Assembly: GCA_030390025.1 (NCBI GenBank)
Contig: CM059437.1
Location: 54,622,001 to 54,686,000, forward strand
Direction: 5' to 3'
Source: Squalus acanthias
Lineage: Eukaryota
Length of the DNA: 64,000 nucleotides
Shown here: positions 12,157 to 22,976 of the stretch, piece after piece
How positions within the stretch are numbered: position 1 is the first letter of the stretch
How the letters are laid out: every line of letters starts with the position of its first letter
Notes under the pieces: model-generated
Seen by the model: the letters and a program-made list of their open reading frames with translations, nothing else
Database searches by the model: none
Told to the model about the DNA's origin: nothing
Position numbers and translations under genes: made by a program

Positions 12157-13001
12157 GGAATGCATTAGTTGTCGATTTGAAACTTTTCAATTTGTGTCTA
12201 TAGACTTTTACCGAGAACTTATTCGATGGGGTTATAACGGCCGGGTGTAAGCCAGTCTGAAAAATTATGCGCGGTTCACAGAATCATAGAATTGTACAGC
12301 TCCGAAGGCAACGGAATTCTCCCGACCCAGCACTTTGATAGATCTGTCCACTTAGTGCGATTCCCAAACCTTTCTTTTGTTATTTTTTACATGTTTATCA
12401 ACTTCCCTTTTAAGCGCGTTCTTTTAGTAATGCTGTTAAATTTATGTCCTCTGGTTACCGACTGACCGATCAGTGAAAATTGTTTTTTTTAATTTGTTGC
12501 AACTGAATGACTCATGATTCTGAACATTTCTAGCAGATCACTCAGCAAACTTCGAGTGAAATGAGCTTCTCTCCTCTCTTGACTTAACTAAAACCTATCG
12601 GTACCAGTATAATATTAAAAAATGGCTTCTGTTACCTCTCCAAGGCGTTGACACCTCCCTAAAATCGTGCGCCCTTTCTGTTTTGCTATCTCTTAAATAT
12701 CACTGGTCGCTGTTCCACAACTTCGGTATAAATATATTTTGAGGCCAATAATCTTGAGTTGCAGTAATTCAGTCGACCAATAAATTTATTTCAATGGATT
12801 TTTGATATTTCATTCGCAGTGTTAGTAATGTTAGGGAACAGTTTGATGCGCGATTTGGAAACCGAACAGAAAAAAAGATTGACGCTGTGAGATACTAGGA
12901 CACGGATAGTTTTTTGATCGAGGGAATTTAGCCCAAAGAAACAAAAACCGAAAACTGGTAACTGAATAAACCAAAGTTTGCATTGCGAATAATTTACTTA
13001 C

Positions 13002-13340
13002 TGCCCAAATTCAGCTTCGTTCCTCTCCCGAAAAAGATATAATAGGGACTGCTACGCCTCGCAGCGCAGTAATAATCGGCGGCGTCCTCCGATTGCACAT
13101 TGGTGATGGTTAAATGCATCCTCGATGAGTCCGCAGACCCGGTGAATCGATCTGGAATCCCCGAAGGTCTGCTGCTCCCATACCAAACAAGCACAGGGGC
13201 ACTGCCGGGTTTCTGCCAGTACCAGCTGGTGTAGTAGCTGCCTATGCTGCCTTCGGACAGGGTACAAGTGATTTTAACGGTTTTGCCCGGGGATGTTGAG
13301 ATGGACGGTGGCTGAGTCAGGACAGGATCCGCGTTTGTAC
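13002..13340 (-). CDS. IGLV: Germline-joined VJ exon of Ig lambda/type II light chain, cluster A
   Basis: Acceptor TTTCACCAG at 13349-13341. (S)[25 protein letters not shown]...WYWQKPG...[29 protein letters not shown] followed by donor GTAAGT (13001-12996). V and J are contiguous and in frame, with no RSS. Confidence 0.96.
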
Positions 13341-13483
13341 CTGGTGAAATAACAAGTTCTTGATTAGTCACAATTTGTGCCCTTCGAATATTGCTTATAA
13401 TTCAGGTCTAATCAACTCAATCACAAGAAAAAACCAAGGCAATGTAAAAAGCATCGATATTGAAGGTTACGTCCTGTACTTAC

Positions 13484-13532
13484 TGTGGAGACAGAACATC
13501 AGCGCGGCGAGAACTCGAACGCATTCAGTCAT
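13484..13532 (-). CDS. Ig light chain leader exon, cluster A
   Basis: ATG at 13532, MTECVRVLAALMFCLH plus 1 nt, donor GTAAGT at 13483-13478. The 143-bp intron is phase-compatible with the VJ exon. Confidence 0.92.
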
Positions 13533-13655
13533 GGTGAAGGTTCTGGTGAAGATCTGAAACAAAATATTTCCTGACACGAATGTAGTTCTGAGCTCTTACT
13601 AAACCTCTCCTTAAGAAGTTTCAAACAACGCAACGTCATTGAATACTAATTATTC

Positions 13656-13663
13656 ATGCAAAT
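13656..13663 (-). promoter_or_regulatory. Ig octamer ATTTGCAT (light-chain orientation), cluster A promoter
   Basis: ATGCAAAT on + strand, ~125 nt upstream of the leader ATG. Conserved in B. A second near-octamer ATTTGCAC is at 13970-13977. Confidence 0.88.
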
Positions 13664-13978
13664 ATCCATTCAAATGACCTCGCGCTATAGGAGTCCAAGT
13701 CTTGCGTTGACTGGCATTTGCGCGATGCACATTCCAGCCATTAAAAAGAGAAACAGAGTCAAAGCCACAGAATAAAACACGAGAATGGTTGAATATAGCA
13801 AATTAAAAGGGGAGGTGAAAAAAGGAGGAACGATTACGTCACCCCAGGCTTCTGTTTTAGAAGCCTGAAGATTATAATAGCGAGGGGAAGCTGAGGGCGG
13901 TAATCGGTTCAATAGCTATGGGGTCCTCGGGAAGAGAAACTGGATAAGTAGATTTTAAGATGCGATTTCATTTGCACG

Positions 13979-14021
13979 TAGATAGATAGATAGATAGATA
14001 GATAGAGATAGAGAGAGAGAG
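13979..14021. repeat. (TAGA)n/(GA)n microsatellite upstream of the IgL promoter
   Basis: Directly visible. The variant in B is at ~53739-53780. Confidence 0.9.
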
Positions 14022-14676
14022 TTACCGACCGACAGACCAGGAAACATTCGACACTTGCAGAGAATTAACCGTTTGGAGAAAAATATGGAAGCGGACACGG
14101 AGCTTTTTGCAAGAAATTTTATTAATATAGCTGAAAGATCTATTTGAGGTCGCAGGAGAAACTGAGTTTCACTATACCAATATATGGAATGACTAAGGCT
14201 GAATGAATCAAATGTAACAGTTGCTTGTTTCGACTTGTGATAGATATAAAATACTGCTGCGTGAAATCCCGCTGTGGGATGTCATGGTTGAACCTTTGTA
14301 CGAAATTCCATTGCTTCCTATTTGAATGGGAGAGTTAACCCTTTAAAAGCAGCAATCACAAATACATTTCAATCAAATATGTTAAATGTCAGTATCATAT
14401 CTCACAGAGCGATTTCACTGCAACTGTCTTTGAAAAATTGAATAAGTAAAATTTTCATTGTCCAGCTGAAGGTCACAGAAGAGAGCAAGATGTAACGATT
14501 CAATCATTGCACTGGGAGAGTACTGACGGTTGTGAGTTCAGATAGGGTCCCATAAATAAATGTCTCCGAATCTTTATATACATAGGCTTAAATCAGCCTT
14601 ATTATTTTATGCTATTATTTCACCTCACAATTGAAGAGGACCGAATCAATAAAATTAGACAAGTCCATTGACAATA

Positions 14677-15200
14677 GAAACATAGAAACATAGAAGATAG
14701 GAGCAGGAGTAGGCCATTCGGCCCCTCGAGCCTGCTCCGCCATTCGATGAGATCATGGCTGATCATCCAAATTCAGTACCCTGTCCCTGCTTTCTCCCCA
14801 TATCCCTTGATACCTTTAGCTTTAAGAAATATATCTAACTCCTTCTTGAATATATTTAATGACTTGGCCTCAACTACCTTCTGTGGTAGAGAATTCCACA
14901 GGTTCACCACTCTCTGGGTGAAGAAATTCCTCCTCATTTCTGTCCTAAATGGCTTACCCCTTATCCTTAGACTGTGACCCATGGTTCTGGACTCCCCGAC
15001 CATCGGGAACATCCTTCCTGCATCTAGTTTGTCCAGACCTTTCAGAATTTTATATGTTTCAATGAGATCCCCTCTCATTCTTCTAAACTCCAGCGAGTAT
15101 AAGCCCAATCGACCCAATCTCTCCTCATATGTCGTTCCTGCCATCCCAGGTATCAGCCTGGTGAATCTTCGCTGAACTCCTTCCATGGCAAGAACATCCT
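14677..15200 (-). mobile_element. Young CR1 3' end, part of an A-specific 1.1-kb composite insertion
   Basis: (CATAGAAA)n tail and an uninterrupted ORF2 C-terminus EDVLAMEGVQRRFTRL...GYGEKAGTGY. Very similar to 42789-43310. Confidence 0.92.
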
Positions 15201-15399
15201 CAGAGAACCCGGTTCCCCCCCCACACACAATTTGCACCCCCGCCCCCCGTACCTGAAGACACCCACCCTTACTGGAGTACGGGACACTCGCCGCTTCCCT
15301 GCTGTCTCACCCCAGAGGCATCTTCTCGTCTGAGCCAAGACGGGCAGCGCTGGTTGAATGTTTGATGGCGAGATGTTCGTCACCGCCTAGCTCCATGCT

Positions 15400-15750
15400 A
15401 TCCTCACCCAACAGCCCCTGCGCTCGCTGACTCAGATTGGCTCCCGGTCCAGCAACACCTCAGTTTTAAAATTCTCATCCTTGTTTTCAAATCCCTCCGT
15501 GTCCTCCTCGCCCCCTCCCTATCTCTGTAACCTCCTCCAGCCCCACAACCCTCCGAGATCTCTGCGCTCCTCCAATTCTGGCCTCTTGCGCATCCCCCTG
15601 ATTTTAATCGCTCCACCATTGGTGGCCGTGCCTTCAGCTGCCCTGGAATTCCCTCCCTAAACCTCTCCGCCTCTCTCTCTCCTCCTTTAAGACGCTCCTT
15701 AAAACCGGCCTCTTTGACCAAGCTTTTGGTCACCTGTCCCTAATATCTGG
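15400..15750 (+). mobile_element. L2-like LINE 3' fragment within the composite insertion
   Basis: Encodes WLPVQQHLSFKILILVFKSL, resembling the L2-clade ORF2 C-terminal HWLP..FKIL motif. Pyrimidine-rich tail. Confidence 0.6.
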
Positions 15751-16749
15751 CAGTGGATTAGCACCAATCTCCAACCACAGCTCTGCAAACTTGATGAGAA
15801 TTTCCTGTAAAGCTACTCTCGACAAATAGTTCCCTATATTTCCTGTTTTAAAAACACATTTTTGCCGTAAACTTTCCTCGCGATGAGTTATCTCTTGTTA
15901 TCCAATTGAAGAAATATTTTCCACACTGGTGGTCTGGAGAGTGTATAATATAATAGGTTAACAGCTTGGTGTGGTAAAGGTTATTAAGGAATGGTTAGTA
16001 TAGAGTGCTACAGTCAAAGCAGAAATTTAGAAAACGCAGTGTTACATTGGGCGTGGTTCGGCAGAAGGCTTGGAACATCCGATGTAAAATTATGAAAAAT
16101 AATCCAGAAGTCAGTAGTAATATCTGTCAATTATGGATTTATTCTGTGACATGGAGTCGAATACATGTTATAGATTAGGTTGTAGGGATTCTTTAGGCTA
16201 AGCTAATTAGCAGGAGGTGTCACTAAAAGGCAATTAGGAAGCATCAAAATGATTATATAAAGAAATATGGTTAGGTTGGAAGACAAATTGTCTGGTTTAA
16301 GTTGTTATTATTCTGGTAACGGTGTGGCCTTTTAGCCACACAATTGCCTTATCTGTACTATTCAGAAAGGAAATGAACTGTCACATTCCAGTGAGTATGA
16401 AGTATATGTGGTGCAACATTGTCACCTACTGGTATAGTAGCATATGACACACAAGGTTCACACTTAGAATTAACGGCATAGACCGCCTGTTATACACAGG
16501 TCCACTGAAGGCAATATAACTGGATGCCGAGCAGAGAGTATAACGGGCGGCCAAATACCATACCGCCGGTTCTGCGCTAACGCCCAATAACTTCGAATCT
16601 ATTGGGGTAGATATTCGATACAGCAGGCTATAACTATCCGTGACATATCATTTGGCTCATACTGCAGAGCCCCTCCCAATCAGCCCAGGTAGCGAAAGTG
16701 TGCCTTTAAGGCCCAGATGGCTCTTCCAATGACCAGTCGAGTAGAACAA

Positions 16750-17350
16750 TTTGCCTCCTCGTAGTGCTCCTCTGCTGTTCTCGGGCAATTCTTACTGGGA
16801 GAATAGTACATTGCGTCCGGGGTAGGCTTTCTCACCCAGAAGCCATTTATGTGATTTTCTTCCCCGATGAGGTCAGCGTGTTGGTACGAAGGCTTCTCTG
16901 CATGTGGTCACACATAATAGGTACATTCAGGGATTGGAAGCCGCTCCTGTCGATGTAGTTGAGAGGTTGTGGTGTGGGAATGCGCACAGCAGCATGCTTG
17001 TCCTCGATTGCAGCCTTGCAAAAACAAGCAACCCAGTAAAAGTAGGTGGCCATATCTTGCTGTTACCTTGCTATGTTGCCAAAGGTGATAAATTTGCCAG
17101 CTCTCCTGCAAAGCGCGTAAACAACATAATGCGTGCACAGCCGCTTCTACTGCATGGATGCTGTTGCAGAGATTGCTGACGGGTGCCTAGAATTACGCTG
17201 TGACACAAAGTTTGAGGGCGGTTATTACCTGCATAGCCACAGAGAACGCCTTGTGGGTAGATGAGCATGGCTACAGCTCGTCCTGCGGTAGGTAACAGAG
17301 CTACCCTCTTACCTCGTTGGTAATTTATGCGCATCTTATTCACAACTCCT
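16750..17350 (-). pseudogene. Fossil PIF/Harbinger DDE transposase fragment
   Basis: GELANLSPLAT and AAIEDKHAAVRIP...YIDRSGFQSLNVPIMCDH align with GDLANISQFAV and GTIDCTHVALRAP...RNRKGFHSLNVQLVCDH of ORF 22977-24137. Frameshifted. Paralog at ~55390-55990. Confidence 0.75.
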
Positions 17351-18564
17351 CATAAAAGTCCTCATATGGAGTAATAACTGATAGCCTGCATCCTTCTTAA
17401 AAGCTGCCTAAATCTTCTTTGCTCCATCATGTGCTGCTCCTGCTCCTCCATGATGTAAGTATACAGAGGTATGTCTATAGGGAATGTCATCCACAGGAGC
17501 CTGCTACTGAGAGAGTTCCTTCGTCGTGTATCATAGAGAATAACACAAACAGAAGTTTTAATTCATGATAATTAGTTAATGGAGGGAGTTTCCCTTCTGC
17601 AGTTTACACCCATGCTCATTATGTGTTCGCAGGAAATAAACCAGGATATCGCCAATGGTGACCACTGGTTAATGATCTGAAGCTTTAAAAACGACATCAG
17701 GGGGTTTCACAAATAGGGCTTGAAATTATTTAACTTTTCGGCAATTACTCCCAATTTCACCCTCTCACCGGTTCGCTGTGCAGCTGAAGGGTCTGACTAG
17801 CGATCCTTGTGACAGTCCCATTCAATGGGGTTTCTCGAATTGGAACTGAATGCACCCTAGTCTATTTTTGCAGAATTGCAAAATAAATGGCCAAAATTAG
17901 TGCTTAGAGGCACGTATTGTTTTAGGAATTAGTGCAGGAATGCTTAACATTTTCCTCTGTGCGCAGAACAGTTGATCTCATTTCAGGACATTTTAAGAAC
18001 GCTACAACAAGCCCCAGCGCCCCCGCTCCAGCAAAGGGAAAAGAGGGCGAAATTACTACTTCCTATCTTTATTCTCTGCTGGAAGTGCTCACCTACGGAT
18101 GGGCGGCGAGCTTAAGGCCAAATTCGCCTTTGACGCCACAATGGGAAAGCCCGTATGGTCTCAGGAAGGAATCTTGGCCACAGTGACAGGAAAGAGTATA
18201 CAGGTCTAGAGGAGAAATTTGTTAGAAAAAAGGTCGGGGAAAATAGAAACAATTGTACAGGATGCTAAAGGAAAATGACGCGCAGCAGAGCTGAAGCAAA
18301 ACGAAACAAAAAGAGGGAGAACAAAAATTGACCAATATACAATGGAAAGTCAAATTTCGAAAATATACTTTCACAAGTCCAGGCAGAAAAGATCCAAATC
18401 CCTTATCTATCCGAGCATTAGAGCAATTCTTTATGTTCTTTATCTTAACGAGGACACATTAATACACTAGTAATGAGGACAAGGGATCCTCCTTAAATTA
18501 TGGTTCCAGTGGACTACAAGTTTGAAACTGCTAAGAGGAAGACCGAGCCACAACCTGTCACATT

Positions 18565-18825
18565 AACACCTCCTCTTGCCTTGATTATCTCTTAATGTCT
18601 CTCAATGTCTCTTGATCTCTCCTGCTTTCCATCCCACCACTGACCTTCCCTTTTGTTCTTTCATCCCCTCCCCCTTTTCCCAGCTTTATACTTGCTTTAA
18701 ATCTATTTCATTTCCTGCTTTTTTCCAGTTCTGACGAAAGGTCTTCGACCTGCAACGTTAACTCTGTTTCTCTCTCCACGGATGCTGCCTGGCCTGCTGA
18801 CTTTTTCCAGCGTTTTCTGTTGTTA
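18565..18825 (+). mobile_element. Penelope-like element terminal fragment with a degenerate minimal hammerhead ribozyme
   Basis: Pyrimidine-rich stretch, then CTGACGA-A-AGGTC-TTC-GACCT-GCAA-CGTTAAC (18731-18762) and GATGCTGCCTGGCCTGCTGA. Paralog at ~57205-57465. Confidence 0.65.
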
Positions 18826-19584
18826 TTAAAAGAGGAAGACCGATCTAGGGTAGCAATGCAATTCATTGATAACCAGGGCGACTGTCTTAGGAGAATGAAT
18901 GAGGCAAATTTTGTTCTCGAATTTTGCACTTTGGGGATCGCAGTCCGAAATTACATTCATTTTTTTCTGAAAACATAATCTACGGTGAACCACGCGGGTA
19001 GGAATTACTTTAGTCACTGGGTAATGCAATATCCCAAATATTTCCTTGGGTTTTCCTGGTGAAGTTACAAGCATAGGAGACAAGCTTTGATTTAGAAGGT
19101 TTAGGATTTCACTATCAATACTGAATGGGGGAATCTTTGCAAATGCATTTATAATGTCCCACAAATCGTGATCAAATTAATTCTTAATCTCTGCTGCCAT
19201 CAAGTTGACTGAGCGACACCCGGTGTGAACTCGAAGTTAAACTCAGAGCCATCAATGTTACACTGCACAGCCCTAGAACTAGATGAAACACGGCTCACTT
19301 TTGCATAAAAAGTGTTGGACACGTTCAATACAGACAGGACGAGGCTCAATAAGGTTGGATTCGTCCGACAGTAGCAGGCCGTTCAGCCTCTACATTCTGT
19401 TTCGCCATTAAATTAGATCATGGCTGATCTGCACCTCAACTCAATTTTCCCGCCTTTGTTCCCTATCCGTTACCTCACAATAGTCTGGTGTTCTCAATCT
19501 TGAACATTTTAATTGACCGAGCGACGCCGGCTTTTAAGGGGTGCGAATTCCAGACAACCACGCCGTTTCTGTGAAAAATGCTTC

Positions 19585-20270
19585 CAGCTTTCACGCACAA
19601 ATCGTTGAAGGTGGCAGGACAGGCTGAGAAAGCGGTTAAAAAAGCATACCGGATACTGGACTTCATAAATAGAGGCATAGAGTACAAAAGCAAGGAAATT
19701 ATGATGAACCTTTATAAAACACTGGTTCAGCCTCAACTGGAGTATTGTGTCCAATTCTGGGCACCGCACGTTAGGAAGGATGTGAAGGCCTTAGAGAGGG
19801 TGCAGAAAAGATTCATGAGAATGATTCCAGGGATGAGGGACTTCAGTCACGTGGATAGACTACAGAAGCTGGGGTTGTTCTCCTTAGAGCCGAGAAGGTT
19901 GAGAGGAGATTTGATAGAGGTATTCAAAATCATAAGGGGTCCAGCCAGAGTAGACAGAGAGAAACTGTTCCCATTGGCAGAAGGGTCGAGAACCAGAGGA
20001 CACAGATCTAAAATGATTGGCAAAAGAATCAAAGGTGTCCTGAGGAAAAAAAAAATTATGCAGCGAATGATTAGGATCTGGAATGCGCTGCCTGAGAGGG
20101 CGGTGGAGGCAGATTCAATCGTGCCTTTCAAACGGGAATTGGATAAGTAGCAGAAGCAAAAAAAACTGCAGGGCTACCGGGAAAGGGCAGGGAGTGGGAC
20201 TTGGTGAAGTGCTCTTGCAGAGAGTGGCACGGGCTCGCGGGCTTTCTGTGCTGTAACCATTCTATGATTC
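19585..20270 (+). mobile_element. CR1 ORF2 3' fragment
   Basis: ORF 19578-20150 LYKTLVQPQLEYCVQFW...WNALPE, with TTCTATGATTCT tail. Nested in older minus-strand CR1 remnants (~19370-21720). Paralog at ~58225-58930. Confidence 0.88.
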
Positions 20271-20952
20271 TGAATGGTCTAGCTCTAATTTTAAGATTAT
20301 ACCGTCTTGCCTTGGCTTGCCCCATGAGAGAAAATAGTTTATCTGTATCTTCCTATCGAATTGTATAATCATTTTAAATATCTCGATTTAATCACCCTTC
20401 AACCTTCTAAACTCAAGAGAATATAAGCCAAGTTTATGCAACCTGTCCGCATAATTTCACCCTTTAAGCCCTGGTATTATTTTGGTGAATCTGTGCTCTA
20501 CCTCTTGCAAGAGTAATATATATTTCCTGGAGTTCAGTGTATAATTTAAACTCAGCACTCCAGATGGGGTCTGCCGAAGGATCTATAGAACTGAATCATC
20601 ACTTCCGCACTTCTGACTTCCAGCCCCCTTGAGATAAAGCCCATCATTCCATTAACCTTTTTGATTACCTTTTGTGCCTTGTACCTTTTAGTGATTTGTG
20701 TACATGGACACCTAAATCCCTTTGCCCCTAGTCTCTCACTATTAAGAAAATATTCTAATTTGTCTTTCTTAGATTCAAAGTGGATGACGTTCCCACATTG
20801 AAATCCATCTGCCATAGTTTTGCCCACTCAATCTATTTATGTCATTTTTAACTTCCTCGTCCCATCCACACAACTGTGCCTCCTAAATTAGTGTCCACTA
20901 CAAACTTGGATATGCAGCTCTATGTTCCTTGATCTAAGTCATTTTATATATG

Positions 20953-21176
20953 CTGACACGCCATCGTGACTTGGAAATATATCGCCGATCCTTCATCATC
21001 GCTGGGTCAAAATCCTGGAACTCCCTTCCTAACAGGACTGCGGGAGTACCTTCACCACATGGACTGCAGCGGTTCAAGAAGGCAGCTCACCACCACCTTC
21101 TCAACGGAAACTAGAGATGGGCAATAAATGCTGGCCTTTCCAGCGACACCCACATCCCATGAACGAATAAAAAAAT
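20953..21176 (+). mobile_element. Short LINE 3'-end fragment with A-rich tail
   Basis: WNSLP-type motif (TGGAACTCCCTTCCT), TTCAAGAAGGCAGCTCACCACCACCTTCTC, ending AATAAAAAAA. Paralog at ~59613-59836. Confidence 0.6.
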
Positions 21177-22774
21177 GCTGAGGCCCCAATATACATCCCT
21201 GGGGAATGCCATTTGTCTTTTCCCGCCCATCAGTACACGAAACATTTATACCTACTCTATATCTCCTACCTCCCAATCAATTACCAATTAGTGGCTACCT
21301 TATATTTATGTCTCCCTGTTCTCGACTCATCCACAAATGGAAACACTTTATCCACGTTCCCCCTATCTAACTCCTTCATAATTTTAAAGACCTCAATCAA
21401 GTCTCCTTTTAGCATCCTCTTTCAGAGATAAGCGACCAGCCTGTATATTTTTTCCTGAAAGTTGCATCCTCCAAATTCTGTTAACATCCTTGAAACTCTT
21501 TTCTGAATTCTCTCCAGTGCTTCAATGTCTTTTTTCGAGCATGGAGACCAGAATACTGCAAAGTACTCCAAGTGTGTTCTCACCTAAATTCTATATAAAT
21601 GTAACATTACCTTTCTGCTTTTGTATTCTATTCTCTTAGAAAGATCCCCAGTACTTTGATTGCACCATTTATGCACATAACAACTTGTGCTGCTCCTTTT
21701 AGCGATTTATGCATCTGCAGTCCCAATCAGTCTGAACAAAGTAGATTATGCACTAAAAGTATACCGAGTTTGTGATTAGTGTTAAGGTGAATTTACGGAG
21801 TGCGATTCTTATCTGAGCGTCAGCGAATTTGTAGTTGAGTTGCTGCTAATATCGCTTGCTTCAATATAACTATTATTCAGCAATAATTAACAGAATCGAG
21901 TCGTTACTAAAGAAAGCATGCAATGGCAGAAATTGTACCGTGGTAGGTACGAGGTATCTAAAAGGAAGGCGGTCACAGAGTTTCTCCTGAATTTGTGTAA
22001 CCAGATGATTTAGAAAAATTATAACACGTGCTTTGAATTGTTCACATAAACACACGAACGCAAGGTTCAGCTTCTTGCCCACACGGAGGAAGTCAGTCAA
22101 GTGCGGTTTAAACAGAGTGCTGCGAGTTGGGTGAGTCAGGGAGTCAGGAGAAGACAGAAGACAGAGCGACGAAGGACAGAGTGGAGACCCTTTCCACCTC
22201 CACCACGCCTGCAGCTACAAGCTACAACTACAGCAACTTCTACTGCTGAGGTGCCATAGGGGAGAGAGGAGAGGGGAGAGGAAAGGAGACCAATAACAAC
22301 AACAGAGGGAAGCAATTCCATCACTGCCTCCCCAACTGGTCTCCATTACGAGAGAGGGAGAGAGGGGAAACAAAACCAACACCTGCTTGGAAGGAGGGAG
22401 AGCGAGCCATCGAGGAGAATAACATCTAGAGGTGGGTGTTAAAAAGGGCACTCTCCAAAAGACTTTGGGGTAAAAATTCACTTGGTTGCGCCTCCCGTTA
22501 GCGCCTTAAGAGGGCGCTAATGGGGCGTTAAGCCGCTAACGCCCGGGCGCAGCGCTGTTTGCGCCGCTCGAGAACTTAACTTGAGATTGTGTGGCGGCGC
22601 TAAAACTTACCGCTGCGACCACCTGCGCGCGCAGATTGTGACGTCATTCCATGGTGCAACGCCCTTGGGGCGCCCCGGAGCGGAAATTGAGTGGCGCCCC
22701 CTGCCTTACCGCCTGGCGCATCCAACGACCGGAAGACTGGAACGTTATCAATCGGTGTGGGGCTGGGGGGGCGC

Positions 22775-22782
22775 TATTTAAA
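22775..22782 (+). promoter_or_regulatory. Candidate TATA box (TATTTAAA) of the Harbinger transposase promoter
   Basis: ~200 nt upstream of ATG 22977, preceded by a G-rich box. Retained in all five non-autonomous copies. Confidence 0.5.
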
Positions 22783-22976
22783 GGGGGCCTCTTCCTGTCT
22801 TTTTCTGTGGTCGACATTTATGCACCACTCGTTCTGAGAGAGAGAGAGAGATTCGGAGAGAGAGAGAGAGAGACTTCTACATTGACTCAACATTTGTGAG
22901 GTAGTTTTGCCTAGTTCATCCTAACTTTGTTGCTACTTTAGTTGCTGTACCTCATTACTTTTCTGGCAAAGAGAAT

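Noticed and set aside
12941-12949. Perfect RSS nonamer ACAAAAACC just 3' of J in cluster A
   Set aside because: There is no CAC heptamer at 12 or 23 bp spacing, and B has ACAAAAATC. It is a chance match in A-rich DNA.
12994-13371. ORF-track starts [11 protein letters not shown] (A), MTQPPS (B) and MSVLPP (C exons)
   Set aside because: These are intronic or internal alternative-codon starts. The true boundaries are the splice sites given in the features.
13002-13532. Processed (retroposed) or somatically rearranged Ig gene
   Set aside because: Leader and J-C introns and the promoter are present, and the same junction occurs in two diverged tandem copies.
17932-18186. 84-aa ORF almost identical at 56574-56828
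   Set aside because: GTG start and no recognisable motif. The conservation is explained by the segmental duplication.
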